A stretch of DNA of 64,000 nt, taken from NCBI GenBank assembly GCA_905178155.1, contig CAJINV010000004.1, forward strand, positions 10,001,546 through 10,065,545, read 5' to 3'. Positions 24,001 through 39,000 of this stretch are shown piece by piece (position 1 is the first letter of the stretch; every line of letters begins with the position of its first letter). This DNA is from Amoebophrya sp. A120. Lineage: Eukaryota > Protista > Dinoflagellata. The notes beneath the pieces are model-generated. The model saw only the letters and a list, made by a program, of their open reading frames with translations. It did no database searches and had not been told where the DNA came from. The position numbers and the translations under genes were made by a program.

Positions 24001-27000
24001 ACAAGCGAGGCAATCGAACGTTCGAACTCGAAGACATTGATGAAGAGCACGAACTGAACGAGAAGATCGAAGTTCAGGACTTGCTCGAGGACGCTTTTGA
24101 GAACGATGGGAACAGCGCGAGCGCGAACTTCAATCTGAAGCACGAGCGGCCTAACATTTGTTTGGAGGAGGTGGAACACCGGCAAGTGCACGAATTCTTC
24201 GCGGAGGATATTTTCACGGACATTATTCCCGACTTCTACCAGTATGGCACGCGAATTCCGGACAAATCCCATACGACGGGATCTTACAACTACCCAGGCA
24301 TCGGTGCGATTTCTCACCAGCACGCGTTTAAGGAGAATGAATCGAACCGGAAAAAGTTCGACGACAGCAGGTTGAAACGGGGGGTCGGGTATAGTTTGAG
24401 AGTTCTCGGCGTCGACAACACATACTACAACACCATGCTAAAAAACAACGCACACCCGAACCATGCGGCGGTGGCCGGGCCAGTGCCGGACTTCAACGAG
24501 TTACTGGATACGAACATCTGGACCGACCTGCCTTTGCTCTACGAAGACGCGCGGGAGCAGGAGAAGCGCTTGTTTCAGTTTTCCGGCGGGCGGAAGGCGC
24601 CGGAGCTGGGCGGCACGGCCTCGGGGAGGCGAAGTCCGGACTCGAGCAAATTTTACAAGTTTGATAAAGACGATGACCAAAGGTGGGACGTTTATGCGGC
24701 ACCGCTGCGAACGGGCGCGAAGCACGGTGCGGGAGCTGCCAACAGCAAAGAGAACAAAAAAAGCAAAAGCACGAGCAGCCAACAGAACCACTATCCGAAC
24801 AACCCGAAGTCGAACAAGCGTCGCTCCGCCGGGGCTGATACGGAGGATGAAGACGCGACCGAGGAAGAAGACGACGACCTGGTTGGGGTGGAGTTGGACT
24901 GCCTACCGGAAATGCTAGATTCCTACGACCCGAACTTTGACAAGAAAAAACTCCAGCGCGGCGCGAATCCAGACCCCGCGAGCTGGAACGCGCTAGATGC
25001 CCAGACGCCGAGTGTGGCTGCTGCAGCTTCGAAAAAGGATAAAAAAACCGTCAAGCTTCTCGCTTCCAGCAACTCGAGCAACATCGCGGCTGGGTCTGGG
25101 GTGTTGGACAAGATCGACGGGAAAACGTACGGCGAAGAACTCGTGCAGAACGACGAGCGGAGCAACGACAGCCGGGGCCGGGTTTTGGAGTTCCAATGTC
25201 GTTGGTTGCAGCAGCTGGTCGACATGTTCGAAGATTTCATCGCGAAGCCGAAAACCGAGCAGGATTCGAACTGGCAGGGGTTTAACAACCGGGTAACGAC
25301 GATACTGTGAGGAAAAATCAGCCCGCCCCATATTGAAGGCGCATCCGTCTGAAAATTTGTGATGCAGATTTGTGACCACTAATCGCATCTGTCTTGCAAG
25401 CAGGCAAGCTCAGGCTTTTCGCCGCGTTATGCCGGCGGTTTGTAATGGTGTAAGGCCTATAGGGTAGCCATCTACCATGCTAGGCGCCTACACCAAAAGT
25501 CCCCTGCCTACGCTTGCGATCTGCGTGCAGTGCTCTTCTGCAGCACAGATGTGGTCTGTGTACTCAAATACAGCATCACAGATTTCGTTTTCGATATGGG
25601 GAGGGGGGATTTTTCCTTTTGATCGACGATGTTAAAGAATTCCCCGAATTCCAACATGTGCAAGAAGGCCCAGCAGGCGATGAACAGTAGGGATTTTGTC
25701 ACGGCGAACAAGCATATCCACAATAAATTTCCCGTACAGGAGGAACAAATGCAGTCTCTGCATTACAAAATTGGGCTCCGATCCTAGTTTAGCATGACAA
25801 GTGTTAGTACACTCCAAATTGGTAAAATTTGTGATGCAGCAGCAACAGCATCTGGTACATGTGCGGGAAATTTGTATTGCATAAAGCACGTGACAACACT
25901 CCTGCAAAACGTGTCAAAGGAGCTCCGGACGTACCGGGCCAACGCAGAATCCAGAAAGGCGAAAAAGCAGCGACTCAACCCGTACGCGGCGGAGATGGCG
26001 GCGCAGGAGGAGAGAGAGAAAGCGGAGCTGGAGCTATTACCATGAAAAATACCCCCACCCCAGAACTACTTGGGAGCACTTGTATTGCAAACCTTTCCAA
26101 ATTAGACATTCGCCTTCTTGCATCTATCAGCATCACAGATTTCCGATCGTGAATAGCAAGAATTTGTATTGCAGAAGATCCCAGCAAGAGCGGCGCTTGT
26201 CATGCAAGCGATGCGACACACGCCTAGACTCTGCAGCAGAAAGGTTCGTACTCCTTGCATGCATGACAAAAAGTTTTCATTTGAAAACGTCGCATCACAA
26301 ATTTTTGCAACTTTGGGAGTAGGGGCATTTTTCCTCGCGATAGGAGCAAAAGGAAAATCCGAAGTCCCTCGGCCCGGTCACGAAAAAGGAGGCGGCGGAG
26401 TATGAAAGCCTCAGGTTTGGAATCCTCAAAGTGGAAATAGTTTGCAATGCAAAAAAACACTCTAGTTGGCGCGCCACTTCTAGGTGTCGCATGACAAATT
26501 TCCCGGGCACTCAAAGCATGTCTGTCATGCAGGTTAAGGCAAAGGAGAGCCCCTCTCTCGTGCTAATTAGCACTCCAATTCTTAACCCGTAGAAGGACAA
26601 TAGTCGGCCTCCATTGCGTCCTCTGCAATACAGTCTTTTTTTGCGTCGCATTTCATGCATCACAAATTATTTCCACTTTGAGGATTGCCATTCTGAGGCT
26701 TTCATACGGAGCGGAAGAAATTCGTAAAAACCCTCGAGTTGGAGAAGGATAATCCTTATATCATCAAGGCCGGACTGGGTTCGGTCGCGACCTCCGCAAC
26801 CGCGGAAAAGGATTACAAGGAGGCGACGCTGACGGGGAACCAGGAACTAGTTGATCAAATCGTGGAAGCGAAGAAGCAGGTTTTGCTCCAAAGGCGGAAA
26901 AAACTGTACACCGACGCGCTGGGCGGCGTCGACACCGGGGAATCCCACACGGTCGCGGTGCTGAAGCAGGGCGCGGCGCAGGTCGTCTTCCACAAATTGG

Positions 27001-30000
27001 AGGATGATTTGGCGACGGCGGAAGCAGCGGCTGCGAAAATCAAGGAGCGGGAGATGATGAAGCGGCTGCAGGACCAGGGCGCGGAGGCGCTGGAAAAGCG
27101 ACTCGAGGCGAAGAAGCTCGCCGCCACGGGCTCGCACACGATTGAGGCGCGCGTGTGGAAACCGCCGGAGCAGCTCTTTGTCAACGAGCACCCGCGGGCG
27201 CAAGCCCGGCGGGAGGCGCAGGCGAAAAAGGAGGCGAAGCTGAAGAAGAAGTTGCTGCGGTCTGGGTTGCCGGTAACGGGGAAAGCGGCTGTGTACTCGA
27301 AAATGATGGACGGAGTGGAGGGAAATGACCGGTTTGGCAGAGGGGTGAATTTTGAGATGATCCGCGCGTTGCTGCGCTGGATCGACCAGTATGAAATCGA
27401 GAATCTCCGTCGGCGTGCGAAGTACACCGAGCAGATCCGAAAAGCGATGGCGGAGCAGCTCCATCTGGACGTGACCGCGAAAAAAGTGGAGAAGCCGGTG
27501 ATGCCGAAAGTCTTTAACACGTTCACCGCCGGGCCAGGCCACAAGACTGCGGCCGCTGCGGCAGCTGCTCCGACAAAGCCGGCGACGACCAGTAGCCAGG
27601 CGGTCGGTGCGTCGATCGTGGCGAACCGGCAGAAGAATGGCCCGCTCTTTCGAGAGTATTCGACGAAGGACAATCCAAATCCGCTGTTCCCGAAAAAACC
27701 TGCAGAGAAACCTGCTAGTAGTGCTCCGGAACAACCAGTTTCTGGGGCAGGAGTAGCGACTCGCGGATTCGTGGCGGCTGCACCAAAGGTCGTGAATCCG
27801 AATTCCGTGAAGCAAGGTGAAAGTGCAACAAGTTCTGCGAATCGAGGAGCGCAAGAACAACAGCAACCGCAAGCTGCTGCAAGCTCCACAGGCTCTTCCA
27901 GTACAGCTAATGCACATCTGAAAGAGCCCCCCTCCATTGGGCAGGAGGCCGCTCTGCGCGAGCACTTTTCCCCGGAACTGATCGAGCAGATGACGGAGCA
28001 GAAGGAAATGGACCCCGGGACGGTTTTGATCATTCTCCCTACCTGGAACGACTGCTTGCAGCTACAGGAGAAACTGCGCAAATGCAACCGGAAGTGCATG
28101 TATCACGCGGTGACGAACCCGGTCGGCACGTTCGACAAAACGCAGCGGTTCAAAAATATGGGCGGGAGTTCTCAACATCAAAACGTGGAGCAGCAAGTTC
28201 TTGACGCGAGGACCGGAAAGCAGTTAACGAAAGCGCAAAAGAAACAGCTGCGGAAGGAGCAGGAAGACCAGGAAAAACTGAAGGAGAAGGTGCAAGAGGC
28301 GTACGCGGAATACGGGCCCGCGGGTGGGGAGAATCCGGACGGGAAGGGAGGTGGTTCTTCGGGGAGAAAAACTCTTAACCCGCTGCTCTTATCCCGGTGG
28401 CAAGTGCTCACACTCGGCGAGCACATGTCCGCGGAGGAACTGGAGCGGCAGGTGTATGCCAGTTCGCTTTTCACGAATCCGATGTATCAACTGTAAAAAC
28501 GTCTGGGTCTGGAAGAATGCAACTTGTCATGCTAAATCGGAAGCATGCAAAAATTTGTGTTGCATAATTGCCAAAAGTCGTCCAGTTTTGATCAAGTCGT
28601 GAGGGAGTTTCTCATGCAGGATAGGCATGAGAAAGATCGCACAGAATCTGTCATGTTAGGTCCTGCATTTCAGACCTCATGGGTCATGGAAAAGCTGCAT
28701 GACAAACCTGACAATCTTCCAGGCCCAGACATTTTTGCAATCCATACGATGAACGACAGCACGAACCCGTTTGCGGACTCCAGTCTGAACCCGACCTTGG
28801 ACCGGAACAAGCCGGCTGTTATCTAATGCAAAAACATCCCCACCATGTCAGAGTTGTCATGCAGATTTGGAATTGTAGGAAGTGAAGATTTGCAATGCGC
28901 ATTCCCATGAGAAGCATTTCCAATCGTGTTTTGGAATTTCTGATGCTGTCAACAGGATAAGTAGATGGCTTTGTGATGCGGCTGCACTTGCTAAACTGCA
29001 CTACAATGCAGAGAGGAACTTGTCATGCGTGACTCCCAAAGCTTCTGGATTTGTGTTGCGAGATGTCGCCCATCTTGACTCTGGGGTGGGGACGTTTTTA
29101 CACAGAATAGCTGTGGTGGTTTCGTCTGCCAGCACCACCGGTGCAGGAGCTGCTGCATCCAGTCCCACGAGTGGCTTATTGCCTTCCGAAGCAGTGGGCG
29201 CCCGAAATTACGCGCCGCGCATGATGTTCCCGACGGAAGAAGAAAAAGGTAACAAAGGAAAAAAAGGTAAGGGAAAGTACGTCGCGCCGGAACCTGGTCC
29301 TGTGAAAGGGGACAAAAATGCGGATCAATTAGAACTGCATTTCGCGAGGAAGGTGATCCTCGCAACACCGGGCATGGTGGATTACGCGTGTACGATCGAA
29401 GACGTCGTTTACGTCTTAGATTCCGGCAGAATGCTCCCCGCTACCACCACCGATCCCGTGACGCACGCAAACGTGGCGCAGGAATCCGTTTCGGTGGAGC
29501 GGATCTCGAAGTTGTTGATGGACACGCGGAAAACCAGAGTGACCGGCGGGAGATCGCTTGTGATCCCTTTGCCAGACCAATTATTGCTTTCCAAACACAT
29601 TCTTTCCTCCGAGGAGACAATCGGGAAGAAGAACAGTTTCAAAGCTTTAGCTTTAGAGGCCGCGACCAAAACCCACGAGAAGAATGCCTCCTGTTGGGGC
29701 TTGCACTTGTCCAGCCTACGGCCGGTCAGATTGCTGACCCCCGGCTTCGCGAAACCAGGATTAGTTGGTGCGGCGAATGAGGATGAGGAGGAGTCGTCCG
29801 AGGAGGAAAATAGCGAAGTGTCGTCCGACGAGGAACATGAACATGAGCAATCGCAAACTGCTAGTGCTGCGGCTACTTTGCAGAACAGCGAAATGCAACT
29901 CGCGAAAGTTCTCAACCTGCGCCGCACTGCGGTTTTGCAACACGGTATTGTCTTCCGCCTGTACAGCAGCACTTTCGCAGATCAGGAGAAAGTTTCGGAG

Positions 30001-33000
30001 GAAGTCGAAGATTCCGCTTGCACGTCGCATCTAATCCGCGACTACTTCACGAAGGAGCTCGGGGACTACGTGGCCCGGACGGGGAAGTACTACGGAGTGG
30101 AGAGGCGGAAGTATCCTGTGCAAAAGCATCGTACTCGTAGTAATCGCAGTCATGCATTACAAATCTCCATCCCAAGGTAAATCAGCATGACAAATTCCAT
30201 TTCTCACGCTGAGCTAATTTGTCACGCGATTTGTACTAGTACGATACTTTTGCAATGCATAGGAAGAAACTGAGGGCGAAAACTCTGCTGAAAAAACAGC
30301 AAGCAAAGGCGTTCGGGATTTTAACGAAGAATCAGATGGCGAAGATGGACCTCGAGGACCACCTATGTCAGGAAAAAGTGTTAACGTTAACGGATTTTTT
30401 TGTGACGCAGTAACCAATGCATCACATCAAAGCGTGCCCAAAACTAAATTTTTCATGCATACTTAGCATGCATCCTACTCCAAGCCCTAGGCAAAATTTG
30501 TCATGCATGTTTGCAATGAAACCGTTAACGTTAACACTTTTTTGTTTGATATCACCAGCAGTTGAAGAACTCCGACAACGAAAATTCCTCCGGGGATGAA
30601 GAACACGATTTGTTCGCGTTACCAGACCCGAAACGCGAGGAGACAATCAACCAGGACCCTTTTAACTGCGCGAGGAGATTGGGGAAATTTGTCAACTGGG
30701 GTTCCAAGTTGAAAAAGTTCCGGGCGTCCATCCTAGCTCAGTTAGCTATCGGCGAAGACCTGGACAAAGCACTCGTTTTTGAGGGGAAGCGGCAAAAAGA
30801 GGCGGAGGAGATGGAGGCCGCGGGGTTCAAAATCGTGAACACGGTGGCGTACAATGCTGCAGTGGCAACGAGTAATACATCAGGAGGAAACATCAAGGGA
30901 CGAGAAAATAGTACAGCATCAAACTCAGGCGCTAAATCAGAAAAAGACCTGCCAAAAGCCGCTCTCTTCGAGGCTTACCACAACTTCCAAGAAGACGAAC
31001 TCGACAAGCTGGTCCTCCAGGCACATTTGATCCAGGATCTGATCTTCAAGGACGACCTACTTCTCGCAGCAGAGCACAACCCGCAGCACCGGGGGGAAAG
31101 AACGTATTCGAATTTGCTCGTCTCCTTGCTCCACCAGCTCCCCAGACCGCCCTCGATTGTCCAGTTGAAGAAAGCGGAGAAGCGCTTGCTCGGTTTGAAG
31201 TGTTTGACCAAAACGCCCGCGAGGGACTTCAGCTTTTTACCCGAGCAGCTGAAGGAATACTTTTGTTCCATGATGCAACTGGCCGCGGATCGGGTAAAAC
31301 CTTTGGACGGAATTGTCTCGACGTTAGACTTCGGGTTCAAAAAGGAGAAAATCGAGACTTTGGAAGAGCAGGTCCGGAACGGCCACCCGGTGGTGACCCC
31401 TTTAGGGTGGCGGATCAACTTACTGCCGGTAATCGCGCCGAGGATAGGTTTGCTCTTGATTCAGGGACACCTTGCCGCGAATTCCGTCCAGCTGACCGCG
31501 AGTGACTTGTTTCCGGAGAAATATTATCCTGTGCAAAAGTATCGTACTGGTATCGCAATCATGCATTACAAATTTTTTTCTCAATGTGAATCCGCATATA
31601 CAATTTTTATTTCTCATGCTGAGGGATTTTGTCATGCAATTATACGAGTACGATACTTTTGCAGTGCATAAATATTTGGCGGACGAATACGTGAAACTCT
31701 ACGAACAGAAGCAGAAAATGAAAAAGAAAGCGGATAATATTAGCGCTGCTGCGAATGCGACGTTAAATAATCCTTGGGCAGCTGCTGCTGCTGCTGCTGG
31801 TGTTGTTCCCACAGGAGTATCAAAGCAGTTTTCCCTCCAAGATCTGCCTCAGCCAGCCAACCGGGGCGTCGCGCCTCCCGAGGTGATCATCCCAGCGCTC
31901 CGAGATATCGAGACCGGGATGGCAGTGCGGGGCGGGAAGGATGAGAACGTGAATAATGAGAGGCTTCAACTTCTCGCGAAACTTCTCCATTCCTCCCTCG
32001 GCCTTTGTGCGCAGCAGAGACTGCAGGACTACAGTCTCGCTTTCGCTGCTTTGTCCGCGTTTCCGCACTTGATTGAGGAATTGACCGCAAAGTTCGTTGC
32101 GCCGCAGAACTTCGATCCGAATGGGACAATCAACAAGCAACATCAGGACGACAAGAACCCGATTACCAATCCGATGACTGGAAAGTTGAAGATGACAAAC
32201 GGGGCTTACGTTGGCGGCGGATTGGCCGCAGGGCAGGCGGCCAAGGCGCAGGACGGCGATCTGGATACCTCGAAAAACTACGGGCGGAACGACAATTTGT
32301 TGCTGTTGTATGAACTGCAAAAGTCTCGTACTCGTATCAATGCATTTCAAATCTCCTCAGCGTGAGAAATGAAATTTGTCATGCTGATTCACCGATAAGA
32401 AAAATATTTGTAATGCATAACTGCATACTACGAGTACGATACTTTTGCAGAGGATATGTTGATGAACACGACAATAAACGCAGCGGCAGCTGCAGCAGGA
32501 GGTGGCACGACAACAGCAAGTGCCGCAGCAACTACCCTGGCAACGGAAACAAACACGGCTGCGGTGCCCGCTGGTTCCTCCGCGGTTGGTATACAACAAC
32601 CAGGGTCTGCGGCTGCTTCATCATCTGCAGTAGAACATCACATCAAAAACCCGAACAAAATCCCTTTACTAAAACCGGGCGAAAAGCCGATTGACACGCT
32701 GAAGGGGAAGGTTGAGTTTGACAAGTTCAATAGACCTGTGATGAAGAAGGCGGACTATGACAAATTCTCGAGTAAGGGAACGGCTGTACCCGGGGCTTCC
32801 GAAGAAGAAAATATTAACGCGATGAATGCGGGGAGTGCGGGTGGCGGAAGTCATGCGAGCACCGGAACATCAACTTCTACCGGGGACAGTAACACTAACA
32901 AAGACCACGTCCTCACCTCTTCCCCCCTCGCTGACGCGGTGCGACTCCTGGTTGAGTACAGCCGGGCCCATTCGCGGCAGTTCATTCCGAAGGACTCGTT

Positions 33001-36000
33001 GCAGTACGAGTCGGACGTTTTGCCCTGTTGGGGAATCGCGCAGTACAACAAACCCGAGCACACTTGGAAGTACAAGCCGCAGCATTTGAAGTACTACATG
33101 ATCCACGAGCAAAAGGGCCCGCAGAATAATGGGATTTTTGGAGGGGGCAACATGATGAACAACAATACGACGGGTCTCGCCGCGAAGACCAACAGCTGGA
33201 ACCCGCAAGCAGGAAGCATGTGGAGCACGAACGAACAGGACCAGCACACATTAGTTTCCAACACCGACGCCCAGTACCAACTGCGACAGGGTGCGTTATC
33301 AGATCCGGGGGCGGACCCGCTTCCGGAGCTGCTGGCCATCGAAGCGGAATGCTCGCCCTGGGCGCGGGCAAAGGCGTTTGAAATGAGGCGAACCGGGTGG
33401 GTGGCGGTGAAGTGCGGATTTGAGAACGTATCAAATGCAAAAATATCTGGGTCTGGAAACTTGTGATGCTGGGCGGCGTCTCATCATGAGGCCACAAATG
33501 CTGGCTCAGCATGACAAGTTTCTGAGCTTCTAGGTGTTGCCTATTCTGCATGACAAACTGCGTTTCTGCATCACAGAGAAGTGGAGCTCTTGGGCAACGT
33601 GCATGACAGATTTCAGAGTTATGCCAGACAGGCATGACAAACATGCATTCTTCCAGACCCAGACACTTTTGCATTTGATAGAACGCGGTGGGCTACAATA
33701 CCGCGCCGATTCAGGATCGGGTGCGGTATTTGGATATGGATTGCAAAAGTATCGTATTCGTACTCGTATAAACGCATTACAAATTTATTCCCCAGCATGA
33801 GAAATATAATTTGTCATGTGGATTTACTTTAAGAAGAAAATTTGTAATGCATAAGTGCAATACGAGTGCGATACTTTTGCAAAGGATATTGGAACTGCTT
33901 TTGTTCCAGATGGAGCAGTGGAAAAATTCGCTCCGGTATGCAAAGAAAAAAGTGTTACAGTTACACATTGTGTTGCAGGAGCCGCAAGACAGACAACCTT
34001 TGTCATGTAGGAAATGCTTGCGAGCCTGGTTTCCTACGTATTTTCCCTTATGATCTTTACATTACAAGTTTTGTCTGCCATACAGAGAAAATTTGTGATG
34101 CGGAAACCCCAACAAATGTGTAACTGTAACACTTTTTTCTTGTGATATCCGGTCTTTGCGGTTATTCACCGACGTTGCGTCGCAGTTTGCCCGCGTCCTA
34201 TGACAGTGCACAAGTTGTCCCCCTCCCCCTCATTTGTATAGCATAAACGGCAACACAAGCATCAGCAAGAGTGCCGGTTTTGCATGACAGATTTGCACTG
34301 GAGTCTAGTGCGATTTGGGCTACCAGAACTTGTCATGCAAACAGTGCCACGAGGCAAAGGGTGGATTGGGTATTTTGCATGACAAATAAGCGGGAGGGGG
34401 GTTGTGCACTTTCATACGTGCGGGAGAAATCTCTGAACATCACCGCGGGGGCGCACCCTTCCTCTATGGCTCTCTCAACTGTTACATTCTCAACTGTTAC
34501 ATGAATTTGTGATGGAAGAATGGCACAAGTGATAGGAGAGATCTTGCGCGTCTTGCATGACAGATCTGGCGCCGATTATCGGCCTGTTTGGCCCTCTGAG
34601 AATTTGTCATGCGAAGCAGCTTGATGGTGTAGATTCTGAAGGCAATTCTGCATGACAAATCATGTAACAGTTGAGAATGTAACGCTTGAGAACCCCATAT
34701 CCTCGAAAACGGGGTTCGGTTCCGCGCAGTTGCAGAACATGCAGGGGAATTACCGGATTTTGATGCAGCCCGGGGTCTCCGAGTTCTCGGTCAAGATGCA
34801 GCAAGCGACGCGGCAGCCGGGGTCGGTTCAGGACGTTGCGCGGATCGTCGATTTACACTTACTCCGCGAACCGGACAAGTTCTTTACGGAAAAGTTCATT
34901 CCCGCCTTAACAGAGGGCGTTTTCACCGGGTTGCTCCGTTGCTCCACCAGCAGCTCCGGTTGCTCTCTGTCCAACATGATGAAAGCGGGAGTTCTCAGCA
35001 CCACCACCTGCAGCCACTTGGGCGAGATATGACAGTGCACAACTCCCCCTCCCCATCATTTGTATCGCATGCATGGCAATACAACCGCCAGCGAGAATGC
35101 AGGTTTTCGTTTTGCATGACAAATTTGCACAGGATTGTAGTGCTATTTGGGCTTCCGGAGTTTGTCATGCAAACAGTGCCAAGAGGCACAGTCCGGATTT
35201 GGTGTTTTGCATGACAAATGAGGGGGAGGGGGAGTTGTGCACTGTCATTCGAGAAAGTACTCGATGTGAAGCCAACCGCGACGAACGCGCTGACCGCTTC
35301 CGGAGTGGAGATTTTCCAGTCGCTGCTCTACACGACGTATCCTGTGCAAAAGTATCGAACTCGCATTGCAGTCATGCATTACAAATCTTCTCCTTAAGGT
35401 AAATCAGCATTACAAATTTTATTTCTCATGCTGAGGAAATTTGTAATGCATCTATACGAGTGCGATACTTTTGCAATCCATACGAAGAGACGGGCCACGG
35501 CGAAGGAGATTCTGGAAGCCCACAGCGGGGTGTGGAAAAACCGGAAACCGGGCGACATGAGCAATTTTCTCTCCATGAACCCGGAAACCGTGCCCCGGAA
35601 GAAATCGGAGGATAAACCATGGGTTCCACCCGCCGGTGCGATGAGTTTAACCGCGCCGGCTCCGGAGCAGGTCGGTCTCCCTTTCGACGCGAAAAACTGG
35701 GCGGTGAACAAACTGCCAGATGGAACAAGCAGAACCAAAAACCCGGCAATGCAGCCGGCCAGCTGCACCGACCCGGTGCTGACGCACTGCGACATTTACG
35801 AGGCTACGGAGATGAAAGAGGAGGGGTTCAAGAAACAGGAGGAGAACGCGGCAAGCAGATTTGAGGATTTACTGCTGTTCTCGAGAAAGATGAAGAAGGA
35901 GCAGGGGCTGTTCGGCGCGGGCTCTTCGAACAAAACGTCGAACATGCTGGCTGTATCGGATTTGGACGGTGAAGAACTTCCAGCATTGACTGCTTCTGGA

Positions 36001-39000
36001 ACCACCGCCCCCGCCGCTGCGTCTCCCTCAATAACTACAGCGCAACTACCTCCAGACCACCATCCGAGCGACCAGAATCTTTCCATACAGGACCGTCTCC
36101 GGCAAGTGTCCGCGCAAGCCACGACGAGCACGTCGACCCAGCAGAGTCAGCGACAAGCCGTGATGCAAACGGTTTGGCGGGCGCAGGACCAGCCAGGGGC
36201 GAAGGTCTTGAAACCGCCCGCACCAATGAACAACAATAAAATAAACGCGGATACTAAAAATTCTGTTTCTGTGGAGGACAACTTCTTCAAACTCCTGGGG
36301 CTGCCGACCTCGACCAACGACCACTCTTTAAACCATTTAGCCACCAACAAGCAAAAGAAAACCGAGCAGGATAATTCCGCAGAATCGAAAAAACTGAAGA
36401 TCGAGGTGATGAAGAAGCTGCTGACACTGGAGCCGTTCTTGAACAAAAGCAAGATCATGCAGACGCTGATCTCCAACGGAAATCAGAGGCAGGCTTTGCT
36501 CCACAGTCGCTACACGTCAGAAGATCCGTTGCCTCTGTTGCTGCTGGAAGAGAACGTGGAGTGTCACAAGCAAGAAGTTTCCATCAACAAAACCTTAAGT
36601 AGTGCCGATAGTACAACAACTACCCTGGCGCAGTTGAACATGGACAACAAGAAGGACGGGGGTAATGTTGGTGGGACTGCTGGAGCAGCAGGGGGGTCTT
36701 TGTTCAACAATGCGGCAGCAACTGGTTCATCGTCCACTTCCAACCCGAGCCAGTTCGTCGGCAGCAAGCCCATCCCGGTCGTCCCCGTCGCGAATGCCTT
36801 CGCGGTTTTGAAAATTGAACTAGAAGACCACCTCCAGTTGTTGCAGAAGATCGTGAAGATTCACCAGGACGAAAACCTTCTCGAGAAGCCGCCAGCGGCG
36901 ATCAAAGAGTCGAGATTCGACACAACAAGAGGGCCGCCGGCAAAGAAGCAGAAGCTGCTCAGTGAGAAGGCGGACGAGATCGTGAAGATTGTCAACGCCT
37001 CGCAGCAGAAGAGGGATAATAAGACTGGCGGAACAAGTGGAACTACAGGCAGCGGTACTACATCAACTGCCGATTTGTCTTTACCGTTCTTGAGCCGGGT
37101 GAATTCTATCAAAGTACCCGAAAATAAAGAGTCAGAGAACGACGAAATAGACGACCTCCTGGAGGAAGCGAAGTGCGTGGACGCGTACGAAATTGTGAAA
37201 CGGGCAATGTGCGAGGCGTGGGTGCAAGCCCTGAAGGCGGAGCAGGATAAAAATCCCTCGGTCGGGGTTTTGACCGCGTTCATATCAAAATGAAAAATGC
37301 CTCCTCGTCCCCATATCAAAATGGAAATTTGTGATGCTGATTTGTGACCACAAATCCTCTTTGTCTTGCCTATAGGGTAATAGGAGCCATGTGGCGCACT
37401 CCAGAGCCAGTCTGTCATGCGCCTTTGCCTGCTGCAAAACTGTTTGCCATGCGTAACTGCTAGCCTTCCGCATACCCTAACAGGCTCAGAAAATGTCGCC
37501 AAGCACTTTCTGCAAGAGAAATCTGATTTGTGTACAGAAATCCAGCATCAGAGACCTCATTTGGATATGGGGGGGGGGATTTTTCCTCACAATAGTTAAG
37601 TCGAGAGAAAAACAGCTTATCCGCGTTTTCCTGGGAGAAGATTTTACTTGGCGATAACGCAGCTCCTGCTGCACAATCAGCAGGCGCTGGAGGGGAAAAT
37701 GTGAATACTGCAACTGGCGACCGACAAGGAAAGCCTGAGGTAGAAGTTCTCTCCCAAAGGCGAAGGCCGCGGAAGCAGGCGGTGCGACTGGTCAACACTT
37801 TCCTGCTCCACTCTGCGTCGGAGGCAAAATTCCTGGCGGGACAGTACCACAACATCTTTCAACAGGCAAATTACGTGCAGATCATCTGCATCAACCGTGT
37901 ATCCGCAACGGTGGTGTGTCCCTGGAAAACACTGCTCGCTCTGCAGTTCTACTGCATTCAGGGGAACCCGATCAAATACTTAGAATCGGTGAAGGAAAGA
38001 AGCTGTGAGAAAAAGAAGCTTGTTTTGACGGCTTCGCAGTTGCCGAGAATAGAAGAAGTGGCCGCGGAGAACAAGTCCAAAGACCGAAAGGAAAGCACGG
38101 GCACGGTGGAGGAAGAAGACGAATTTATATCTTCCAAGAAGAAGCCGCCAAGCACTGCTGCTGATATGCAATACAAATTTCGATTTCCCCGTACTAGTAC
38201 ATCACGCACAGAAGTAAAGAGAAACATAAAAGCGCATCACAAATTTCACGAACTTAGAGCATCAGCATCCCACTTAAGTAAGTACTTATCATGCTGAATC
38301 AATAAGAAAGATCTAGATCATTGAAAGATAAGAAAGCTGCTCTTTTGTCATGCTGCAGAAACCGCACTTATTCGCCGTACTCGTCGTGTACGGGAAATTT
38401 CCTGTGAATAGCTGACCAAGCCCAGCAACAGCCTGGGAGTTCATCTGCCCTGGGTATGATCGCCCGACCGCACGGTGGTCCTGCGCCGCCGGTTGCCGGG
38501 ACACCGATGCACCACATCGCACAGCCTACGCCGATGCACGGACAACTACATCCAGGATTGGTTCAACATCCTGGTGTCGCAGGACAACCACCTCCACCTC
38601 CTGGTGCAATGATGATGGCACCACCTCCTTTGGTTCCACAATATTACAACCCGCAGATGACTCATGCACACGGAACGATGCTGCCGGTTGGATATCATCC
38701 GATGCACCCGCCGCCCCCCTACGGGGCGCCAGTTCCCTATGGTGTGCAGCCAGCTCTTGTTGCCACTTCAGCGATGAATCCATACGCAGCTCCTGCTGTG
38801 GGTCAACATCCAGGAGCTGCCCCTCCTCCAGTGGTGATGCAGCCTCCACCAGTGCCAGTACAACAGCCTCCGCCGCAACCCTTCGTCACAATCGCTTATG
38901 GTCCGGGCCAATACGTTCCACCGAACAATGCGCAGCTGCAACAAGCGCAGCTGCAACAAGCTACAACAACCGGCGGTCTTGCTGCCCAAGTAGACGGCCA

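Larger units (their letters stand above)
22725..31470 (+). other. Dispersed helicase core (RecA1, RecA2, HA2) of the giant gene
   Basis: Motif I 22740-22766; motif II DELQ 23091-23102; motif IV ~28017-28050; motif V ~29347-29427; GIVFRLYS ~29944-29967; HA2-like ~31393-31467. Confidence 0.8.

Noticed and set aside
26847-28099. Long minus-strand ORFs (372 and 414 aa) and similar antisense ORFs elsewhere
   Set aside because: Shadows of GC-rich + strand coding exons, with no independent motifs.
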